DNA of 64,000 nucleotides from Hormiphora californensis (GCA_020137815.1 CM035355.1:2914001-2978000); one strand, 5' to 3'; counted from the stretch's first letter, positions 28,101 to 46,200 are shown. Numbers and translations are program-made. Notes: a model not told the origin generated them from the letters alone.

Positions 28101-31100
28101 ACACCGTATTGTCCGATCGAGGCAGCTGGCAGGGGGCCAAGTTTTTATTATAGGGAGTTGGATCCCTGCAGCATAGCTTGTTGAGTAAGGGGACTAACTC
28201 ACTGCAACATATAGCAGACAGTGCCGGTTGCATTTTATGTTGTTATGCGATCAGGGGTAATTGATAGAGACAGCAAAATACCCTCCAGCCTCCTATAGCT
28301 ATTCAAAACGAATCAGTCGCTCTCTCTTTCTATCTATCTCTTTCTCTCCTTCTCTCTTTCTATCTCCTCCTCATAAATATCATGCGCCTTTGAAACACTG
28401 GATCCGCGTCTAAACGGTTTATTTACACTTATCAACTAACTGTGTCTTGTAACTACTAGAAATCATCAAAAGCAGGCGGCTCGAATAGTGGAATTTAGCC
28501 CTCATGGCTTATATTTTCTGGGTACCCCTAATTCCTGATTATACCCCCCCCCCTACAGGCAGAAGAACGTGACAGTACCCCAGGGAGGTGAGATAGAGCT
28601 AAACTGCCATGCTGGTGGGGACCCTGAACCGTCAGTACAGTGGTATAAAATCAAGAGGGATGGGGAGGAACCAATTCCTGTTGCCATGGGAGACAGACTC
28701 TACATCCAAGCAGCTACCCTGTCAGACAATGGTATGTGTGTGAAATTCTGATGAAAAAGGGTATGAAAACGGGTATTAGAAGATGCATTGATCAATTATT
28801 ACCAGGCTCATCTATCTTTTCTTTACCTTGCTCGACCCTGTTTCACTGCCCCATAGTTTGGACAAAACAATACATTCCCAGCGTGTGGTCCTCTTGCCCG
28901 CGTAGCGGGCAAGCCCCGTAGGGGATCGCCCTTCGGGCGCGCGAACATGAGGGGCGCGACGCGTGCCCAAGTGGTTTTCCAAAACAATACAATGTCGTGC
29001 CTACAGGTTTCTACTTTTGTCAAGCTAGTACGTGTGGAACGTTCATTGCTCAGAGCAACCATTTCCGGGTCCGGGTCTCCGTCCCGCCTGTCTTACCGAC
29101 CTGTGTGCTAGCCGGCAATGGGCATGTCAGGACATTTGATAGTCAATCCTACTCCTTTGGGTAAGAGCCATGCTGGTCACAGTTGTTTAAAGAACTATTT
29201 TACAGACTGAAATTGCACAAACTGCGGCCTCACAGCTGAGATTTATCCTCAACCAGCCCCTTCCCCGCCTTCCTTCTTCTCCAATTAAATCGCCCCATCC
29301 TTTCAGTGGTGTGTGTAACTACATGTTGGCCCGGGACTGTTCCCGGACAGATTGGTTCGTGTATGGCCGGTATAGTGACTGTAAGGTAGGGGCAACTTGC
29401 CTCGAGGCAATCACTGTCTACCATCACCGAGCTATGTTTGAGGTAATTATAGCGTGGTTAATTGGTTAATAAGTTAATTGGTTAATTGGTTAATTGGAGA
29501 AATGGTGCTTCAATCTTTGTACATAAAATAGTATACTACTCTTAAGTTATAGTTCTGTCTCCAGGGACTGATCTAGAGATCCCATTTACAGTTCACCTTG
29601 CGGTAAATTTACTTTTCTGCAGAAGCATACTGGACTCAGTCTCCTAAAATTAGAACTGCTGTCTGTAATTCCTGCTTAGAGTTTTTCATAGAATCAAGAC
29701 GCCAATTCTGCTGCGAGAGCTTGGGATCGGGACATAGTTTACCAATATTAGTTTACATACTAGCTTGAATATTAAAGAAGTTGGTGGCCACAAATTCAAT
29801 AAGATCATTGCTATGTAGTATGTGATCGTTGTTTTTGCTGGGCGTGGGACAATCATAACACTATTATTGCATCCTATATCGAACCCCCTATCTACAGATA
29901 GGACGCGGCTGGTATGTGAACCTCGCAGGAAGGTCTCACTTCACGATGATAGAGATGGAGGAGAGGGTATATGATGACATTGATCTCAGACTATACATGA
30001 ACGGAACACACATCCACGCAGAGCTGTCTACCTTTAAACTTGTCTGGGATGGAGTTAGTACCACTCATCTTGTGCTACAGGAGGGGTGAGTGAATCAGTG
30101 CAGATATTATTATAGTTACTGAGTTAATGGGGTAAACAGTCGTGACTGAACCTCAGGTTCAGGTCATGGCTATTTACCCCCAGTTAATCTAGAGAGCCTA
30201 TAGTTTCTCATCTAATTTTGTCAAAAGAGAAACTAAGTGTATCTATAGCTCCAATAAATTCAGATCTAAGGAGACTCCGACTTGTGGGCTGTGTGGAACT
30301 AACATTGGAACTAACAGTGAGAGAAGCAGCATGCTAGGCCAGGGCGATGCCCTCAGAATGGTAGTTGATAGCAGGTTGGAACACTACGATTCTTGCCCTC
30401 CCAGTTATCTACAGGTAAAGAAATTACCCAAACTTCTCAGTTTAGGGCTACCTACTACAAGTAACTTAGCCAGCGCAATTCCTGACCCCGTTCCAAGAAA
30501 GGGTCAGCGTGGTGCCTGACCGCTTAGCCCTTAGAATCATGACTAAGTGGGTGCTAAACACTTTGCGGGTCCCCGAACTGTCCTCGCCACCGCTTGTTAC
30601 AAACAGGGGTGTGGGCACTGGGCGGGCCGCGGGAGATAGGGCTGGGGATCGGGGGGGGGGGGGGGGGGGGGGTTCACGATATATCGCCCCTATACCTTTG
30701 TAATTTTAGTACCCTGAACTGTCCCCTGCTACCGCGGACTATCATTATGGACTAGAGACCGGTTCATAACGAAAGTCCGGCTCTAGCTATAATGCCATCC
30801 GAAATAACAAGGGATATTTTGATTTGTAAAGACTTTTCGCTAACTCTCAACCTGATCCATTTCTGTCCCTCTCTCAGACCTACCAGTGCAGTGCTGAAAG
30901 CAGGTCCCAGGCTACTGAAATGTGCAAGGATATCTTCAGCTGTCCCTCCTTTGAGATGTGCGGACAAGTGGTGGATATTGACTGGTACATGTCAACCTGC
31001 ATTCAGGTATAACTGCATGGGAGACAAATGGGAGAGCTGCAGTACGGTTCTTTTACCCCCTTTCTAAGCTGACCCCAGGCTCAGGTCACGGCTAATTACC

Positions 31101-31441
31101 ACTGGGACGTCAGGTCTCAGGGCTATTCCCTGAAAGTTTCCCTGAAATCTAAGGAAATAGCCGTGACTGGAACCTGAGATCCAGGCACGATTGTTCATGT
31201 TTTCCCTCATTACATCTCTCTCTCTCTAACTCACCTCTCTGTTCAGGATTCGTGTTCCCGGGAGTACCTCAGTGCCTACCCATCACCATGCCGTGCTACT
31301 GCAGCATTCAACGAGATGTGTCATGTGGCAGGGATAGATACCACCACCTGCATTCACCCGGAGTGTAGTGTGAGTAACGTGTTAGCTGGAACCAACTGCC
31401 CTGAACCATTACCATTCAGAGGCTGCGGACCTAGTCTGTAG
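25153..31441 (+). CDS. Secreted protein: signal peptide - Ig - follistatin(FOLN)/Kazal - Ig - VWD - C8, 13 exons, about 576 aa
   Basis: Exons 25153-25275, 25434-25547, 25989-26078, 26170-26273, 27124-27211, 27915-28000, 28559-28731, 29007-29160, 29307-29442, 29898-30085, 30264-30414, 30878-31006, 31247-31441; all phases match. Motifs: MLQALLATLILAITEA (signal); LFCEAAGFPKP...DEGWYYCRARN (Ig); CASFRCPNGRVC...PVCGTDCNTYFSSC (FOLN/Kazal); LNCHAGGDPEPSVQW...DNGFYFC (Ig); CVLAGNGHVRTFD...GVCNYMLARDC...TCGLCG (VWD); VDIDWYMSTCIQDSC (C8). Confidence 0.9.
28893..28970. repeat. Short GC-rich multi-hairpin dispersed repeat (second copy inverted at 39707-39790)
   Basis: cttgcccgc-gta-gcgggcaag, cccc-gta-gggg and gccc-ttc-gggc hairpins in tandem. 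Homologous reverse copy in a RagC/D intron. Confidence 0.8.
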
Positions 31442-32414
31442 AGGTGCGGTTGCCATGGCAATCTTGTGCTGCCGAGGCTTGATAGGACGATTAAATATCT
31501 GAAGATCTATTGACAAGCGAGTGAAGTTGTGAGAGATGGAATGAGAGAAGGGGAAGTGTGAGAGAGACTGTGTATAAAAGAAAGAATATGGCAGAAAAGT
31601 AGTACTTTAATTGAGATCCGATCGATCACTCTAAAAAAGTGGTTTCCAGTACGTCATGCTAGTAAAACAACTGCTAGAGTCCGATACAAACCCAAGAAGA
31701 ATTGTTGTCTAGTTTGCACCGAGCTAGTTCCCTATCTGTGGACTATCCACCAGCTCTCTGTTGAGTATGCTAGCATGGGTTAACATAGCTGGCCGTGCAA
31801 ACTAGATACCGCTAAACTTAATATGTTTATGTTATTTGTTGTAATTATTTGTGTGACAGTTTTGCTATTCGAGTCAATGCAATTGTGATTTGTTTAGTGT
31901 GTATTACATGACCCTCCTTGAATTGGGGACGGGAGGGGATGGTCTAGGATGAAATACACGACCCTTCTTCAACTCTCTAAAAACTTTCTGGGAAGAAGGG
32001 TGGTGTAAATAACGGAGAAATTGTGACAACAGACTTACAAAGCTATTCAAATTTGTTATTTTATGCTGCTAAGTGAAATTTATAATCTGAAAAAACACCT
32101 TTTTAATTTAAATATTGCAAAATTGAAAACAATTTTCATTCACAATCACACACAAAATTCACTCCCATTCAGTTTTGACTCAACAGTTATTACAAAGGCC
32201 CTAATTTGCCAGTAATGAGAGTTATTTATGAGCAAGTCCTTGTTCCCCAATCCCAATCCAGTGTCATACCCGGAGTGATGCATGGCGACATGAAAACTGA
32301 GCCTCAATATTGAGCCCCATGGTTACTATAGGTCAACATTTACCTAGCGATCAATTCTTCAATTCTAATTTCAATACCGATCCTTGGATCTGCATTATAA
32401 ATGGTACCACTGTT

Positions 32415-36584
<4,170 letters not shown>

Positions 36585-37424
36585 TTTGGTGATGACAGTT
36601 GCTAGGCAACTGAGTGAGTTTCACTATTCACAAAGTGTTGATAAAAGTGATGGAATGGCGATTCATGATCACCAACAACTCCGTGCTCTCTTCAATCGCA
36701 ACAACACAAGAAAAAGAGCCACCGAAAAGAAATCGTTAGTTAAATTTAGAAAAGCTTGTGTTCAAAATAAACCGATTTTTGTAATTTGTAGTAAACATCA
36801 TTCCAATTTGATCTCAGTTTAGATTGTAATGGGGAACAGGAAAAGCGCCGAGCTAAACGAGAGTACTTTTAAATCATTTCTATCTCTCTTTGTTTTCTTT
36901 TTAAACTTCCGTTTAACTCTCAAAATCTCTCCCTCGCCTTCTCTCTCTGTCACATTCTCTCACTCTCTGTCTTCCCCACTCTCTCATTCCCCCATTTCTC
37001 TCTCATTCTCTCCATTTTCTCTCTCTCTCTCATTTATATCAGACGTGTGCTGCACATCGTTAGTTGACCAAAATGGGCTGCTGGTGAATGAAAGGGAAGT
37101 GGTATGATGGGGTGATTAACTGTTAGAGATCAATTATGTTGCGAGTAAATGTGATCAGAGAGAAATATATGGCGAGAGGAAGAAATGAAATTGGGGAGAA
37201 ACAACTCTGCGACATTTAAATGGGCAGATTTAATGAATGATTTTGATAGGAACATGTATTTACATGCAATTACGATGTCGACCAAATACATAGGAGTGAG
37301 GTGGAAGTGGCGGATATATTGGCACAGCGACTCCGTCGATAATTATACAGGATCAAATGAAGAACCACCTCGAAACCTCGGCTGCGCATATTTCGAAATG
37401 ATAGAGCACAAAATTGTCCGGGCA

Positions 37425-38416
37425 CAATATGTATTTACCACTGTCCGGGCACAACATTTACCACTGTGGGGGCACAAAATTTACCACTGTGGGGGCACAA
37501 CATTTACCACTGTCCAGGCACAACATTTACCACTGTGGGGGCACAACATTTACCACTGTGGGGGCACAACATTTACCACTGTGGGGGCACAACATTTACC
37601 ACTGTGGGGGCACAACATTTACCACTGTGGGTGCACACCATTTACCACTGTGGGGGCACAACATTTACCACTGTGGGGGCACAACATTTACCACTGTGGG
37701 GGCACAACATTTACCACTGTGGGGGCACAACATTTACCACTGTGGGGGCACAACATTTACCACTGTGGGGGCACAACATTTACCACTGTGGGGGCACAAC
37801 ATTTACCACTGTGGGGGCACAACATTTACCACTGTGGGGGCACAACATTTACCACTGTGGGGGCACAACATTTACCACTGTGGGGGCACAACATTTACCA
37901 CTGTGGGGGCACAACATTTACCACTGTGGGGGCACAACATTTACCACTGTGGGGGCACAACATTTACCACTGTGGGGGCACAAAATTTACCACTGTCCTG
38001 GCACAACATTTACCACTGTTGGGGCACGACATTTACCACTGTGGGGGCACAACATTTACCACTGTGGGGGCACAACATTTACCACTGTGGGGGCACAACA
38101 TTTACCACTGTGGGGGCACAACATTTACCACTGTGGGGGCACAACATTTACCACTGTGGGGGCACAACATTTACCACTGTCCGGGCACAACATTTACCAC
38201 TGTGGGGGCACAACATTTACCACTGTGGGGGCACAACATTTACCACTGTGGGGGCACACATTTACCACTGTGGGGGCACAACATTTACCACTGTGGGGGC
38301 ACAACATTTACCACTGTGGGGGCACAACATTTACCACTGTCCGGGCACAACATTTACCACTGTGGGGAACCCGGAACAACATTTACCACTGTGGGGGCAC
38401 AACATTTACCACTGTC
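37425..38416. repeat. 23-bp minisatellite (cacaacatttaccactgtggggg)n, about 43 copies
   Basis: Direct reading. All three + frames give the same 23-aa periodic ORF. Confidence 0.95.
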
Positions 38417-38927
38417 CACATTTATACAAATCGAAACACAATCATCTCATAATTAAAAACGGGATTAGAGATTTGGTACAAACAACAAAGTTAAAACATA
38501 TAAATCGAAATGAGTGAGCCTCATGGTTCACACTGACAATCACACTCACTTTCAGGCATCACGCTGAAAGCACACAGCACTCTGTATAAGCAGATCTCTG
38601 TCTTCTCTTACCACTTTCAGTTACAGGTATACTGAAGCAAACAAAAACCCAGATGTACCCGTCGTGCCAACTCGGTAGTAACAGATAAAGACCCAGCTAG
38701 GCCTATTACAATGGTACACACACATAATATCACCAAAGCTACAATTCATGTAGGCTAAATTGTAGCAACTATACTTATTGAGGCTGCAAGCAAGGAATTA
38801 AAGTCCATTTAAAATGTGAGTCAGCATAAACTGTTTGAAACCCAGTATAATACAGTCTTTTAATTTGAAAACATAACATCAGAAAACCAGCATCTATTAC
38901 TATACAATGTCTCTTTTTAGGGACACA

Positions 38928-41900
38928 TCACATATTGGCCACTTTGAGAACACTATGAATCCCATTCTTTAGGAGCTGGAAATTGTACTCTAGTATCCCC
39001 TGGTTCGAAGCATCACAGTCATCCCCCTGCTGGATACAAATTAGGGCCAGGTTCCGGTTCACTTGCTTCAGGTAGAGTTGGCTGTCGTGGAGGTTAATTG
39101 AGGATGATGTTAGGATGTAATCCTTGTCTTCTATCTCACCTTCCTGAGAGATAGAGAGAGAGGGGGTTAGAGAGTGCAACAGTATCAAATGACTCAAAGA
39201 CAAGTTAACCACACAACCCCTCTTTGTATCTGTGGAGAGGGGTGATGTAATCACTGGTAGCAAGGGTGACCTTAGAGAGGGGTTTCAATCGATCAAGCAG
39301 TTTGGGACAAGTTCCGGGGGTTGTGTGGTTGAAGCTGTCATGCATTACTACTTGACATGTGGAGGGGGGTGATGTAATGTAGTGGATTTTCCTGCAACCT
39401 TCTCAGTTCTCAATGAATAAAATCAAAACTGAAATTTGTCATTTTGTGGTTGATATTATTTGAATAGACTGAGACATGGTGCATGCAGTGAATATGGGAA
39501 TATGAATATAGATTCAAGATTCAAGATTCAAATTAAAAAGTACTTAACAATAATATTATTGTCATATAACTATAGGTAAAAAGGTGGGAGTAGGAGGGGT
39601 AGAGAGAGGGTTCAGAGGGGTAAGTGATGGGTTTAGAGGAATGGTATGATGGGCGGTGGTAGTGCGTGTATTATGGGTTGATGATGGTGTGAATCAGGTG
39701 AGAGAGTTGGGCACGTCGCGCCCCCCATGTTCGCGCGCCCGTAGGGCGATCCCCTCACATACTACGGGGCTTGCCCGCTTCGCGGGCAAGTGAGAGAGAT
39801 GATGATTGATATGGGAGGGGAAGACATGACCACGGAGGGAGGTTCTGTCTTGATCTGTTAGGCGGTCTCGAGCTGATTTGGTGCGGGTGCATTCATTCAG
39901 CATGTGCCATATATGACTCAATTTGCACCGTTCTCTCTACCTGATAGATGCAGACAATGTCCGAGATTAGTTCCAGCATGTCGCAGCACAGCTCATATGT
40001 GTGGATATCAAGGGGGTTACAGTTATCTGTAGCAACGAATATCTGGAAAATAGCAATTTATTAGCCACTATATTTAATGTTTATTTGTTTGTTTTGGTTT
40101 TCGTAACTGTCAGGCCAATGCACTGACCAGAGTGACCACAGTTCTCGTGCACTCCGCGAGAGAAATGAGAATAGGGTCAGCCCAATGCTCTGACAGTTTC
40201 GCAACGTCCCCAGAACTCTCTGGCGGCGCCGACCCCATATGAGAATCAAAACGGGGCCTGGCGGCTGGCGCCGCCAGACAGCCCCAGAAAGAGGTTGACG
40301 CGGTGCATAGTAGTTACCTTGGTAACGAAATTACCCCTCGTAGTTTTAGCGTGCTGCGTTCCCGCAAGAAATTTCGTTACCAAGTAGTTACCTTTGGGTA
40401 GTTACCAAGTAGTTACCTTTGGGTAGTTACCAAGTAGTTACCTTTGGGTAGTTACAAAGTAGTTACCTTTGGGTGAATATCGAATATGAATGCCTTCTCC
40501 ATCTTGTTACTGTACACAAAAGCGTTCAGTAGGCTCTCAAAAGGTTGGATAACCGACACCAGGAGTTGCTGACAGACCTGACTAATCGCCTCAAATATAG
40601 AGTGATCGTAGATACTGGGGAGGGGAGAGGGGTGATCGTAGATACTGAGGAATAAGGGGGGGGGGCCAACGCTCATTTTTTATATATTTTTATATATTTT
40701 ATATACCTTTTTTTTGAAAAAAAAAACATAATTTTTTATATATATATAAAATATATAAAAATATATAAAAATACATATGAATATATAAAAATATATAAAA
40801 ATATATAAAAAATATATAAAAATATATAAAAAATTGTGCCGAAAGTGTGAAAACAGAAAGCTGTTTTTCGCCATAGCGGGATCAAATATCATTCAATTGA
40901 TCTCAAACTTGGTCAGCATCTTCATCTAGATAATCCTGATGATTTTCCGTCATCAATGTGACGTTTGTAACATCGTGACGTCGCGTCAATAACTTCATGA
41001 CGTCAAAATGACGTCAAAAATGATTTGTTTTTTTAGTTTCGCGATCCCAACCTCTCTTCACCAGTTCTAGTACATATTCACGGATCAACATACAAAAAAT
41101 GATTGAAATCACACCAAAACTGGTAGATATTATTAGGCCGGAACCTCTCTTCACCAGTTCTACTTTTGACAGTGCATAATTCACTTTTGAACACATTCTC
41201 AATTATGTAAAACAGCTATCACCCTCTCAAACACTTAAATTAACTCTATGAAACATATTCAAGTGAACAATAGATGGAAATAATCCCCTTTTTTGAAAGT
41301 AAAAGGGGTGAAAAAAGGGTTTATTTTATATATTTTTATATATTATTTATATAACTTTATATATTTTTATATATTTTTATATATTTTTATATATTTTTAT
41401 ATATATATAAAAAATTCCAAAATTAAGGAAATATATAAAAAATTCGTTGGCCCCCCCCCCCGGAATAAGAGGGGGTGATCGTAGATACTGGGGAGGGGAG
41501 AGGGGTTATGGTAGTCTGGGGGGGGGGGGGGGTGATTGTAGATACTGGGGAGGGGAGAGGGGTGATCGTAGATACTGGGGAGGGGAGAGGAGTGATCGTA
41601 GATACTGGGGAGGGGAGAGGAGTGATCGTAGATAGTGGGGAGGGAGAGGGGTGATTGTAGTTACTGATCGCCTCAAATATAGAGTGATCGTAGATACTGG
41701 GGAGGGGAGAGGAGTGATCGTAGATACTGGGGAGGGGAGAGGAGTGATCGTAGATACTGGGGAGGGGAGAGGAGTGATCGTAGATACTGGGGAGGGGAGA
41801 GGAGTGATCGTAGATACTGGGGAGGGGAGAGGAGTGATCGTAGATACTGGGGAGGGGAGAGGAGTGATCGTAGATACTGAGTCTATACAGATACTATAGA

Positions 41901-43208
41901 GGGAGAGGAGTTATCATATCAAATCGTCAAATCTTGGTCGTTACTTTTCGTCAAATCTATAAACCCTTGCGGTGGTTAACTTATCGATTCGTGATCCAAA
42001 TTCCAAAAGCCTTGATAATTTATTCTGTGACGCTGAGAGCCTAATAAACCAATAACTATTCGACTGGTAAACTGCATTCTATTGCGACGCGATAGGGGGA
42101 GACTCAATATTTTAATCGGAGGGAATCATTATTTTAATTTTAATTGGGAGAGTATTGGAATGAAAGGGAGGAATGGGGAGACTCACTACTAGTGGAGGGA
42201 AGGTAGAGGAAGGGTACAGTATATTCGGGGGTAGGGGAGGGGGTATAGAGCAAGATTGGGTATAGGCTGTCCAATAAATGTCATTTTATTAGTCCGCAGT
42301 CACCATATACCATCTCTTACTTCATACTTGGGAAGAATGTGGGGGATGAATATACAGTTGGATCCCGATTTACCGGGGCCCGATTTATATTACTGGAACC
42401 CCGATTTACCGGGAGGATAAACTTCCTCCCCCTTGGGGAAATTAACGGTATTTGACCCCTATTTACCGATCACCCCTATTTACCGGTCACCCCGATTTAC
42501 CGGGCAAAATCCTTTCCCGCGAGCATTCCGGTAAATTCTCTATACTATAGAATTATTACTTCAGTATACTACACATGATATTGGCTGGGGGGACATACCT
42601 GGTAGTTTTGTAGCGCAGACCGCTCTCAATCTTCTCTTGTAGACCTGAAATAAATAGATCATTTAGTATTAAATTATATATTAGCTGAGTATTGACTGAA
42701 AGTTTACAGTGGTGTACTTTTTATCACGTACTCCATATATTGTTGCAGTTATGTTACTAGTATCGGTTATAATAAGCAGATACAATATGATATTATGTTG
42801 CATTGTTTGGTGGCATTACCAACAACGAGAATATCATAATATTCGATACATGTCAAGCTAGGGTTTTGTTATTTGTTAGCAATCTTATGCTTCATCCCGT
42901 CTCTTTGATTCTATAGACCTAGAACAACAGCCCTGATCGTTGTATTATATATTTCTAAACATGATTATATATTGTCATAAGAATGGTAGATCTCATCACA
43001 TTATGAACCGATATATATCCCCCTAAGAAGTGCTAACAATAGATCCATATCTGCTGCATAGCAGGTCACTATTATTACTAGCTCGAGTATCTTCACGGCG
43101 TGCCAATGGTGCTCGATTAATCAACGGAAGTTGAGGGGCGATATCTTGTTATGAACATCCACGTGTCTTAGAACAATACACGTAGCTGATTATAGTATAG
43201 ACGTGCTA

Positions 43209-43270
<62 letters not shown>

Positions 43271-46200
43271 TCTTATGAGAGAGAGAGAGTAGATATGCGA
43301 TACGCATGCTCTAAGTAGAAGAGCATCTCTATACTGATATCGCTCTGATCTAGCTCGCTGCTCATACTTCTACGCTCTATCTCTCCTACTCTCGCGTTCT
43401 CCCTCAGTCTTTATTCATCTTAGTCTCTACTCTCCTCCTTCTCACTCTTTTCATCCTCTCCTACTATGTCTCTCTCAGAGGTGTGATCTGAAGATCACGC
43501 TTTCCAACTCTCACGTTCCACCCTCTATTTCATGGTGCAAACCATCATGCTTCCCATATAATCTGCCCCCATTATACTTACTATTTATTTGTATATTCTA
43601 ACTATTCACTTTATTTTACTATTATACATATAATCTTATCATATCATTCTTTTCAATGCGGTATTGCTCTGCAACGCGGTTTAACTCCCAGCTCTCCCCG
43701 CTTCACATTACCACTCTTTCTTCAACCGCAACATGTGCTTTGTCTTATAAGGTAAAGAGACTAGTCATTCTTGTCATAGTTGTGGGCGAATTTTGCATTC
43801 ATAAACTGTAGAGATAAGGGGCTCTGAACACAAATAAGGTTAAAAGAATTCATCTATTGCAAAAATGCAATTATAGAAGATGACGCAGGCAAGTTCTGTG
43901 TGACCCGAAAAGGCAAGAGGTGGTTTAGCGATTTCCTCGACATGAGACAAAATATCAGTTCTGGCTGGGTGCGCTTCGCTTTTAACTATCGTGGTGGTCA
44001 AAACTCATTTCATTTTTAAAATGAATCCAACTCGAGGTTCTGTTGAATTGCTTTATTGAAGTCTTTAATCTGGCGATAATCACTGCGCTGGCAAGCGCAA
44101 AGGTGGCCCCATCCCATCCCCCCGAAACTTTTCCCGAAAAAGTGGGCCCGCTTGCCAACAGCGTAGATATAACAATTTTGAAGTTTTAGCCCATTTTGGC
44201 ACTTTTCGACCCCTCCTAACTCCAGAACCAGATGAGCTAGGAAGCTGAAATTTGGTACTAAGAAGCTTCACATAGACCTCTACTGACGGTAAAAATTTCA
44301 AGTAGCTAGCTCATTCCAGTCGCAAGTTATGACACCACCCCCAAAACAGAAAATTCAGTGTGGCGATAGGTATATATCACTGCACTGGCAAGTGCCCCGT
44401 GGCCTTAGGGGGGTCTGGGGGCACAGCCCCCAGCATGAAAAATATCCCCAGTCATATCAAATCGTGACTCTGAAACAATTAAGTCCGGCGCGAGAAGTTC
44501 ATTTACCCCCCCCCCCAGTGGGGGCCAGTGCAGTATACCATACGGATGCGACAAACGCCCTTTTTGAGCGCCTGTTTGACCATGTTCCCGATAAGCTAGC
44601 GAGCTGAAATTTTGTAGTTATAGGTACCTCTACCATTACTGTTAGTGATCAAAATTTCAAGTGGATCGGTCGTTTCGTTCAAAAGTTACGAGGGGGGTCC
44701 CAAACACACCCTGTGTAGACACTATACATACAAGGCACGACCATTTTGCAAACATTCGCCTGGAAAAACGGCTAAAGCTAGAGCCCTGAAATTTTAAACT
44801 TAGGTTACTCTAGCTATTCTGTGTGTCATAAAGTATGTGGCATCTTGATTGGAGATCATTAAGTCATTAATTATGCATAATTTATGTATGAATTTATGAA
44901 TATCTCGGTAATGACTCAAACTAGAGAGAAATCAACGGTTCTAACCGACGCAAAATATTCGATTTATGGGGGGTCTTACTCGGGACAATTTTCTCAAACT
45001 TTTACCGTTAAGGAGTTAAATGCGCATAATTATGACAATATGCATACCTGAATATCTCAAGTTCTACTTATGATAGCGGCTTTTCATTGGTCACATTGGA
45101 CAGGCAATAGTCGATTTGTGGGGGGTCGTCCCCCAGACAAAAAGTCGTATCTCGCACCGTTTAGCCGTTATTTGCATATTTATGCGCTGATTCATGATTT
45201 AATGCATATTCTGAATATTTCCACTTCAGCTGGTCCTAGAACGTTTTCATAGACATATTTCGACGCAGAATAGTCGATTTATGGGGGGTCGTCCCCCGGA
45301 CAAAAAGGTGTATCTCCCACCGTTTAGCCGTTATTTGCATATTTATGCGCCGATTCATGATTTTATGAATATTCTGAATATTTCCACTTCAGCTGGTCCT
45401 AGAACGTTTTCATGAACATATTTCGACGCAGAATGGTCGATTTATGGGGGGTCGTCCCCCGGACAAAAAGTCGTATCTCGCACCGTTTAGCCGTTATTTG
45501 CATATTTATGCGCTGATTCATGATTTAATGCATATTCTGAATATTTCCACTTTCGCTCGTCTTGGAAAGTTTTTATGAACATATTTCGACGAAAAATGGT
45601 CGATTTATGGGGGGTCGTCCCCCGGACAAAAAGTCGTATCTCGCACCGTTTAGCCGTTATTTGCATATTTATGATACCTGTTTACAAAAATCCTGAGAAA
45701 CTAGACCAAAAAACAAAAGAAATTTGTTTGGAAAACCCGTGGCCTTTTGTCGATACTTGACGCTGCGGGAATTGCACCCTTCGTCAGAGCAAGACGTGTG
45801 GAAGAGTGAGAGAGAATGTGCGTGTGTTAGAACTTAGAGAGAGATGGCACAACAATACCTAGTAGCTCAGATTATGGGTGCAATTCCCGCAGCGTCAAGT
45901 ATCGACAAAAGGCCACGGGTTTTCCAAACAAATTTCTTTTGTTTTTTGGTCTAGTATAGATAGATATATAGATATAGACGCTTCACTGTGTAACACTTGT
46001 AGCCCGAACCACACTAGCTAGAGACTTGAACCAACTTTTATCCGTTAGCAAATCGTTCGGGGCATGCATTAGTTAAGGTTTCGAGTGAAAATGTCCACTA
46101 TGACGACCGTAATGACGTCACAAAGTGACGTCATTGAAAAATCTCAGACCAAATATTTCCAAACGCCTCTAACACCCTCAAGACGTATTCTGATTCCTGA

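Noticed and set aside
37185-38517. Long ORFs of 423, 367 and 328 aa; possible CRISPR-like array
   Set aside because: Products of a 23-bp tandem repeat with no unique spacers; the same periodic peptide appears in all three frames.
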